Part shown: positions 1 through 4,797 of the stretch, one piece after another | Layout: each line of letters opens with the position of its first letter | Position numbering within the stretch: the first letter of the stretch is position 1 | UHGV virus genome: UHGV-0348703 | From: a virus | Length of the DNA: 5,561 nt | Reading direction: 5' to 3' (one strand) | The notes under the pieces: generated by a model | Database searches by the model: none | Told to the model about the DNA's origin: nothing | The model's input: only the letters and a program-made list of their open reading frames with translations | Made by a program: the position numbers and the translations under genes

Positions 1-1279
1 GCAGAAACTAAACGAACTTACGAAACTCGGTGACTCCTTTGTATTCGAACGAACAGATCCGGATGCGCTGGGAATCAGGGAGCCGAGCAACCCGAGAAAG
101 GCAGCCAAGGTCTTCGCGTACAAAGTCAAAAAGACTATCCAGATCGCATACAACATGGATGTGGCCGGAGAGAATCCGATAACAATGCCGGATAACCAGA
201 AGATCAAACTAACACAATTTCCATTAAAAAACATCGACGACGAACGAACTTCAATCTTAGCGGCACCCAACTCCGCGGCATATATAGTAAGCAATACAAA
301 AATGCCATACGGGGCAGCAACAGGGACTTTAGATCTGCCGAATTATGATCGCACAAAAACATATCACAGCTCAAATGCATGGTACTCACAAGCAGGATTA
401 GCAGTAAAAACATACCTTAGCGACAGGTTCAACAACTGGCTGAACACCGAATGGATCGACGGGACGACCGGAGGGATCAACGCGATCACAGCGGTAGATG
501 TGAGCGATGGAAAACTTACGATGGATGCTCTGATCCTCCAAAAAAAAATCTTCAACATGCTGAACCGCGTGGCTATTACAGACGGCACCTATCAGGCGTG
601 GAGAGAGGCGACGTACGGGATCAGAAGTACAACGCTGCCTGAATCTCCTATCTTCTGCGGCGGAATGCAAAGCGAAATCGCATTCGACGAAATCGTATCG
701 AACTCAGCAACAGATGAAGAGCCATTAGGAACACTTGCCGGCCGAGGAGTCGCAACTATGTACAAATCCGGAAGGGGCTTGAAAATCAAATGTACAGAAC
801 CCTGCATGATTATGGCCTTGGGATCGATCACACCTCGAGTCGATTACAGTCAAGGCAATAAATGGTGGACAAGACTGCAAAATATGGATGACTTCCATAA
901 GCCGACATTGGACGCAATCGGATTTCAAGAACTGATAGCAGAAGAAGCAGCTGCATGGAGTACAGAAACCACTGAAAATTACACACACACGTACCAATCA
1001 TTAGGAAAACAACCGTCATGGATCGAATACACAACAGACGTAAACGAAACGTACGGCGAATTTGCCGCGGGAATGCCTTTAGCATTCATGTGTTTGAACA
1101 GGATATACGAACAAGGAATAAATAGAACAATCACTAACGCGTCGACGTACATCGATCCAACAATATATAACAATATATTCGCGGAGTCGAGACTTAGCTC
1201 GCAAAACTTCTGGGTACAAGTAGCGTTCGACGTAACAGCACGTCGAGTAATGTCAGCAAAACAAATTCCAAATCTGTAA
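1..1279 (+). CDS. VP1: Major capsid protein VP1/F, C-terminal part (continuation of 4798..5561). Combined length is about 680 aa.
   Basis: The reading frame is open from position 2 (QKLNELTKLGDSFVFERTDPDAL...) through the listed ORF 155..1279, with a TAA stop at 1277-1279. It contains the conserved Microviridae capsid motif region ...ILQKKIFNMLNRVAITDGTYQAWREATYG...PESPIFCGG... (compare the gokushovirus ...LRRAEALQRWLERNARGGTRY... pattern). Confidence 0.85.
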   Translation, partial: QKLNELTKLGDSFVFERTDPDALGIREPSNPRKAAKVFAYKVKKTIQIAYNMDVAGENPITMPDNQKIKLTQFPLKNIDDERTSILAAPNSAAYIVSNTKMPYGAATGTLDLPNYDRTKTYHSSNAWYSQAGLAVKTYLSDRFNNWLNTEWIDGTTGGINAITAVDVSDGKLTMDALILQKKIFNMLNRVAITDGTYQAWREATYGIRSTTLPESPIFCGGMQSEIAFDEIVSNSATDEEPLGTLAGRGVATMYKSGRGLKIKCTEPCMIMALGSITPRVDYSQGNKWWTRLQNMDDFHKPTLDAIGFQELIAEEAAAWSTETTENYTHTYQSLGKQPSWIEYTTDVNETYGEFAAGMPLAFMCLNRIYEQGINRTITNASTYIDPTIYNNIFAESRLSSQNFWVQVAFDVTARRVMSAKQIPNL

Positions 1280-1283
1280 TACT

Positions 1284-1607
1284 ATGAAAACAGCAAAAAA
1301 TAGAAAAGGATGTATCGATAATCCGGACCTTACCTACGAGGCAGAACCGAGGGAGGTAAAACTAAGAAAGATAATCAGCGGAGAAACCAGTAACATGGAG
1401 GATGGAGTATTCCCGACAATCTACACGGAAAAAAAAGATGGAGTACGACCCGAATACGACATAAGAACAGATCGATTCGAAGTAGCGATAGACGCAATAG
1501 ACAAAATCAACCAGAGCGCAGCGAACCAGATCGCAAAGAACAAGGGCGAAACCGAAAGTGTGAAAACCTTCGGGACAGAAGGAAAAACCGATCCCGAAAA
1601 GAGCTAA
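1284..1607 (+). CDS. Hypothetical small acidic protein (107 aa), possibly a scaffolding or assembly accessory protein
   Basis: The ATG lies 4 nt after the VP1 stop. The protein is strongly charged and hydrophilic (E/D/K rich) with no hydrophobic segment. Codon usage matches the neighbouring genes (ATC, GTA, GCA preferred). It is followed 30 nt downstream by the GC hairpin. Confidence 0.5.
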   Translation: MKTAKNRKGCIDNPDLTYEAEPREVKLRKIISGETSNMEDGVFPTIYTEKKDGVRPEYDIRTDRFEVAIDAIDKINQSAANQIAKNKGETESVKTFGTEGKTDPEKS

Positions 1608-1636
1608 AGCAGTCGTATAAAGATCTACCAAAACTC

Positions 1637-1667
1637 AAAGAGGGGGGATATTTCCGCCCCCCTCTTT
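1637..1667 (+). terminator. Perfect 11-bp inverted repeat AAAGAGGGGGG-(9 nt loop ATATTTCCG)-CCCCCCTCTTT followed by T. A candidate intrinsic terminator and/or ssDNA origin hairpin.
   Basis: The left arm is 1637-1647 and the right arm 1657-1667, with exact complementarity. The GC-rich stem is followed by TCTTTT (1663-1668). It sits in the only sizeable non-coding region, after the capsid gene block and before VP2. Confidence 0.5.
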
Positions 1668-1699
1668 TAACCCTCGTAAATATATGTGGCACAGAACGG

Positions 1700-1740
1700 T
1701 AGACATTTATACATATATAACAAGAACTATAGGTATAAAT
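1700..1740 (+). promoter_or_regulatory. Candidate promoter region upstream of VP2 (AT-rich; TAGACA at 1700-1705, TATATAA 1714-1720, TATAAAT 1734-1740)
   Basis: This is the only intergenic stretch long enough to hold a promoter. The hexamer-like elements have imperfect spacing for sigma70, and no clean Bacteroidetes TAnnTTTG box was found. Weak, positional evidence only. Confidence 0.2.
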
Positions 1741-1762
1741 TCTTTTTAAAAAAAGAACGAAA

Positions 1763-2971
1763 ATGAACTTTAAAGAACTACTGAAATTACTCGAAAAAGG
1801 AGAGGATCTCATGAGCCCTCTCTCAGGAATCGTAGGCGATGTTTCAGGAATCCTCAATACGCTGGGCGTAGGCAGGAGGAGGCAGATAAGACAGCAGAAA
1901 GAGATGGCAGAAAACGCAGCCAAAATAAATTACAAATACGGAGAAATGGCGGCGGAGAATGCATTCGAAAGACAGCAAGTGTTATACAACAGGACCTATC
2001 AAGACCAAAGCTACGCCAACCAAGTCGCGCAAATGGATGCAGCGGGATTGTCTCCCGGTCTGATGTATGGCAAAGGAGGTGCCGGAGGCGGAGGAGCCGG
2101 TTCGACAACCGGTGCTCCAATGGGTGCAACAGGAGCTACAGGAGCAGGATCAGCGGCCGATCCGAATATGCAACTGCAGGCATTGATGTCATTGCGACAG
2201 GTGCGGATGAGCGAACGAAAGAACGAGGCAGAAATCAACCTACTCAATACGCAAGCAAAAGCACTCGAAGCGGAAGCAGGTAAAAACCAAGAGGAAACCA
2301 CAACGATAATCGAAAAAAGACTATGGCAAGTAAAACAAGAGATGTTCGAAGGGTGGAAAGGCTTCATCGATACGGCAAATCAACTATGGGACCAAATGGT
2401 AAAATGGCAACCCACGGAAAAAACGACGATCGACGGCAAAGAAATCGAGATACCTAAATACTTCGAAATAGAGGACGATAAATTCGGGAAAATCGTATTC
2501 GGAGAAAAATCATTTCAAGGCGATATGATGAAAGCCGAAAAACAAATCCTCGAAGGAACAGCTGCAATCAAAACTCTGGAAAGCATATATGCAGACGAGA
2601 AACTATCGGCGGAAATCAACAAAATAAACGCGGACGCATGCAGCGCAATGGCGCAAGCCGCATATTTCTACGCAGCTGGCAGAAATCAAGAAGCAGAAGC
2701 AAAAGTGGCCGAAGCAAAAAGAAGAACCGAAGAAGCAACCGCAGACCTGCGAGAACTCCAATACTGGACCGAAATCGCAAACACGATCCTCAAACTCGCG
2801 CAAGTAGTAGGAAACATGGTAATCGGAGGAAAAACAGGAAAAGCGATCAGAGAATACACGGAAAGAAGAATGAGCGAAACACCCCCCAAAAATTCATCGA
2901 CAGTAACACAACACTACGATCCGGAGATGAAATTTAAAGGAGTAGATAAGACCGTAACGACAAAATGGTAA
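1763..2971 (+). CDS. VP2: Minor capsid / DNA pilot protein VP2 (402 aa). The alternative start ATG 1811 is preceded by AGGAG.
   Basis: It contains ...NRTYQDQSYANQVAQMDAAGLSPGLMYG..., matching the conserved gokushovirus VP2 motif (..YQ....D..AAGLNP.L.YG). This is followed by a Gly/Ala tract GKGGAGGGGAGSTTGAPMGATGATGAGSAADP (nt 2069-2161), then long E/K/A-rich regions of probable coiled coil. Its position after the capsid block fits the typical VP1-VP2 order. Confidence 0.75.
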   Translation: MNFKELLKLLEKGEDLMSPLSGIVGDVSGILNTLGVGRRRQIRQQKEMAENAAKINYKYGEMAAENAFERQQVLYNRTYQDQSYANQVAQMDAAGLSPGLMYGKGGAGGGGAGSTTGAPMGATGATGAGSAADPNMQLQALMSLRQVRMSERKNEAEINLLNTQAKALEAEAGKNQEETTTIIEKRLWQVKQEMFEGWKGFIDTANQLWDQMVKWQPTEKTTIDGKEIEIPKYFEIEDDKFGKIVFGEKSFQGDMMKAEKQILEGTAAIKTLESIYADEKLSAEINKINADACSAMAQAAYFYAAGRNQEAEAKVAEAKRRTEEATADLRELQYWTEIANTILKLAQVVGNMVIGGKTGKAIREYTERRMSETPPKNSSTVTQHYDPEMKFKGVDKTVTTKW

Positions 2972-3010
2972 AAAAAATGATTTTAAAGGGGCAAAATTCA
3001 ATTAAAAGCA

Positions 3011-3922
3011 GTGTGTCTATATCCAAGTACCATAGAGAATCCAAAGTACGCCAAATCGAAGGAAAACGCTAAAAAAATAAGAGACCGTCGTCTGAGATGG
3101 ATCCAAATTCCATGCGGACACTGCGAAGAATGCAGACGCGCAAAAGCAAATGAATGGAGAGTAAGATTGATGGAAGAAATAAAATCCAATCCAAAAAATA
3201 CTATATTTGCAACGCTGACGTTCTCCGAAAAAAGCCTAAAAAAATTAGAATATGACGAAAACGAACCGAACAAAACACCTCAAAAAGCAATCAGCCTATT
3301 CAGAAAACGATGGTGGAAAAAGTATAAAAAACCACTCAAACACTGGCTAATCACAGAAATGGGACACGACAATACCAAAAGAATACATCTGCACGGCATT
3401 ATATGGACAGAACTAACAGAGGAACAATTCGAAAAAGAATGGGGGTACGGCTGGGTATTCTTCGGGTATGAAGTAAACGAAAGAACAATAAACTACATCA
3501 TAAAATACATAACGAAAAAAGACGAGGATAACCCTGAATTCAACGGAAAAATATTCACATCAAAAAAAATCGGAATAAGCTACATAAACAAAAACACACT
3601 CAACAGGCATAGATATCGGGATAAATTCACAGAAGAAACATACAAAACAAATTCAGGAATAAAAATAGCACTACCAGCATACTACAGACAAAAAATATGG
3701 ACAGATCAAGAACGCGAAGCCCTCCGAATCATAAAAGAGGAAAAACAAATAAAGTACTACAACAAAACTCCTATCAAAGTAGAAACAATAAAACAATACG
3801 AAGAATATGTACACGCAGTAAAATATTGGCAATCAATCAAAAAATATGACGGAAAGAGAAAAGAAAGAAATATGCAAGGCATATGCAGACCTGATCATAA
3901 AGAAAGAACAATTAATTCGTGA
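3011..3922 (+). CDS. VP4: Rolling-circle replication initiator (VP4 / Rep, HUH endonuclease), 303 aa with a GTG start
   Basis: The N-terminus MCLYP...NP is followed by the Zn-finger-like IPCGHCEECRRAKANEWRVRLMEE (C35 at nt 3113). RCR motif I is FATLTF (nt 3206-3223). Motif II is RIHLHGIIW (HLH at 3386-3394). Motif III is NYIIKYITKK (Y162 at 3494, K at 3515). The GTG at 3011 is the first canonical start after an in-frame TAA at 2984. Confidence 0.9.
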   Translation: MCLYPSTIENPKYAKSKENAKKIRDRRLRWIQIPCGHCEECRRAKANEWRVRLMEEIKSNPKNTIFATLTFSEKSLKKLEYDENEPNKTPQKAISLFRKRWWKKYKKPLKHWLITEMGHDNTKRIHLHGIIWTELTEEQFEKEWGYGWVFFGYEVNERTINYIIKYITKKDEDNPEFNGKIFTSKKIGISYINKNTLNRHRYRDKFTEETYKTNSGIKIALPAYYRQKIWTDQEREALRIIKEEKQIKYYNKTPIKVETIKQYEEYVHAVKYWQSIKKYDGKRKERNMQGICRPDHKERTINS

Positions 3923-4037
3923 AATATGGGAAACGGAAATTGCAACCAGAAAAATAGAGAATATATTGACCAGAAACAGGATAATAAATTCACCAAAGGA
4001 AGAGGAGACATCGGAGACAGATCCACCAATCTTATAA
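3846..4037 (+). CDS. Possible overlapping ORF (63 aa, frame 3) spanning the Rep 3' end and the 5' end of the next ORF. The alternative reading is that this is noise.
   Basis: The ORF begins with ATG and gives a charged helical-looking sequence (MTEREKKEICKAYADLIIKKEQLIREIWETEIATRKIENIL...). A-rich DNA generates K/E-rich open frames readily, so support is weak. It overlaps the low-complexity N-terminus of ORF 3926. Confidence 0.15.
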   Translation: MTEREKKEICKAYADLIIKKEQLIREIWETEIATRKIENILTRNRIINSPKEEETSETDPPIL

Positions 4038-4285
4038 AACTAATCGGTGCAGAAACAGTATCCAGACGAGACTTCAGATACGAAGGAACATTCTACGTGA
4101 CAGAAGACGGAGAAACATTCAACAAGGAATACGTAGATACTCAAAAACCACAAAAAACCGGCGTCAGCTTCTACGAGGTAAGCAACTGGATATACAACGA
4201 AAGAAAACAACTGTACGAACCTATTGTCAGAAGAATAGTAATGATCAAAAAAAACGACACTCAATTATCACTAAACTATGAATGA
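3926..4285 (+). CDS. Hypothetical protein (119 aa). The N-terminal ~35 aa are low complexity. An internal GTG at 4097 is a possible alternative start.
   Basis: It begins 1 codon after the Rep TGA in the same frame and ends TGA 4283-4285, overlapping the next ATG (ATGAATGA). The C-terminal two thirds (LIKLIGAETVSRRDFRYEGTFYVTEDGETFNKEYVD...EPIVRRIVMIKKND) look like a folded domain. No family was recognised. Confidence 0.5.
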   Translation: MGNGNCNQKNREYIDQKQDNKFTKGRGDIGDRSTNLIKLIGAETVSRRDFRYEGTFYVTEDGETFNKEYVDTQKPQKTGVSFYEVSNWIYNERKQLYEPIVRRIVMIKKNDTQLSLNYE

Positions 4286-4448
4286 AAAAGTAAAGAAAAT
4301 CGTAAAATGGATCGCGGTAATAGCAGCCGCAATCGGCGCCGCAGCTGCCGTAATCATGGAACAAGGATGCACTCACAAGCACCACTTCAAAGCAAACGGA
4401 ATCAAAATCGACACAATCGAAGTATCAACAACAACAAAAATCAAGTAA
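4278..4448 (+). CDS. Small single-pass membrane protein (56 aa) not in the supplied ORF track. A candidate lysis protein (amurin/holin-like) or other membrane effector.
   Basis: My translation is MNEKVKKIVKWIAVIAAAIGAAAAVIMEQGCTHKHHFKANGIKIDTIEVSTTTKIK. It has one 20-residue Ala/Ile/Val/Gly hydrophobic helix flanked by Lys on the N side and a His/Lys-rich polar tail. The ATG 4278 overlaps the upstream stop (ATGAATGA). Its TAA 4446-4448 is followed 1 nt later by the next ATG 4450, a tight coupling-like layout. Codon usage (ATC x6 for Ile, GTA for Val, GCA for Ala) matches the capsid gene. Confidence 0.6.
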   Translation: MNEKVKKIVKWIAVIAAAIGAAAAVIMEQGCTHKHHFKANGIKIDTIEVSTTTKIK

Positions 4449-4497
4449 CATGAACAAAGAGCATCAACAACAACAAAAATCAAGTAACATGGACAAA
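4424..4497 (+). repeat. Direct tandem duplication: two 35-nt copies (4424-4458 and 4463-4497) at a 39-nt period, with 1 mismatch
   Basis: Copy 1 is ATCAACAACAACAAAAATCAAGTAACATGAACAAA. Copy 2 is ATCAACAACAACAAAAATCAAGTAACATGGACAAA. The first 29 nt are identical. Copy 1 holds the stop of the membrane-protein ORF and ATG 4450. Copy 2 lies inside the next ORF and supplies an in-frame ATG 4489. Confidence 0.85.
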
Positions 4498-4794
4498 AAA
4501 TTCAGAAATCAGCTACTTGCTGAAAGCGGAAAAAAAGAAGAAGAAATCGAAAACGTAAACCTCGAAATCGAAGAAAGAGTACAATCGAAAAACGGCATAT
4601 TCGTACTGATCCGCAACAAGAAAAACAAGTGGGTAATCACAATGTGCGGATCGATGTTAAACGCAAAGGAATTCGACACCAAAGAAGAAGCGGAAAAACA
4701 CATAGCTAAAAAAGAATGGGAAGACATCTTGACCGCAACATTCATATTCATCCTGCACGTATACAACGAAATGAAAACCAATCAAACAAAATAA
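4450..4794 (+). CDS. Hypothetical protein (114 aa) immediately upstream of VP1. The alternative start ATG 4489 is created by the tandem duplication.
   Basis: ATG 4450 to TAA 4792-4794, and VP1 starts 3 nt later. It has a Gln-rich N-terminus, an acidic coiled region and a conserved-looking core ...NGIFVLIRNKKNKWVITMCGSMLNAKEFDTKEEAEKHIAKKEWEDIL.... No family was recognised. It occupies the position of the small packaging/accessory genes (VP5-like) in gokushoviruses. Confidence 0.5.
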   Translation: MNKEHQQQQKSSNMDKKFRNQLLAESGKKEEEIENVNLEIEERVQSKNGIFVLIRNKKNKWVITMCGSMLNAKEFDTKEEAEKHIAKKEWEDILTATFIFILHVYNEMKTNQTK

Positions 4795-4797
4795 GCC

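Noticed and set aside
451-642. 63-aa Arg/Asp-rich + strand ORF inside VP1 in another frame
   Set aside because: It is a low-complexity alternative-frame product of capsid coding sequence. There is no start context and no reason to prefer it over noise.
2638-2937. Highly basic 99-aa ORF (Arg/Lys/Ser rich) embedded in the +1 frame of VP2, superficially J-protein or DNA-binding-like
   Set aside because: The A-rich coding sequence (GAA GCA AAA ...) automatically yields AAG/AGA/AAA-rich alternative frames with few stops. No independent start context or coupling signature is present, so it is most likely compositional. It would need cross-genome frame conservation to revive.
2977-3066. 29-aa ORF (MILKGQNSIKSSVSISKYHRESKVRQIEGKR) bridging the VP2 stop and Rep start
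   Set aside because: It is too short, has no features, and overlaps the well-supported Rep N-terminus (MCLYP...PCGHCEEC) in another frame.
3920-4285. Genetic-code reassignment (TGA = Trp, as in Spiroplasma microvirus SpV4) suggested by the in-frame TGA between Rep and the next ORF
   Set aside because: All large conserved genes are intact under the standard code. TGA also sensibly terminates ORF 3926..4285. There are no internal TGA-dependent truncations of conserved domains, so recoding is unnecessary.
4307-4453. Arg-rich 48-aa ORF (MDRGNSSRNRRRSCRNHGTRMHSQ...) in the alternative frame overlapping the 56-aa membrane-protein ORF
   Set aside because: It is the mechanical out-of-frame reading of the Ala-rich TM segment (GCC GCA GCT -> CGC CGC AGC). 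Its codon usage (many NNT codons) fits the genome worse than the TM frame, and its ends are less neatly coupled. It is kept as a remote possibility of a J-like basic peptide.
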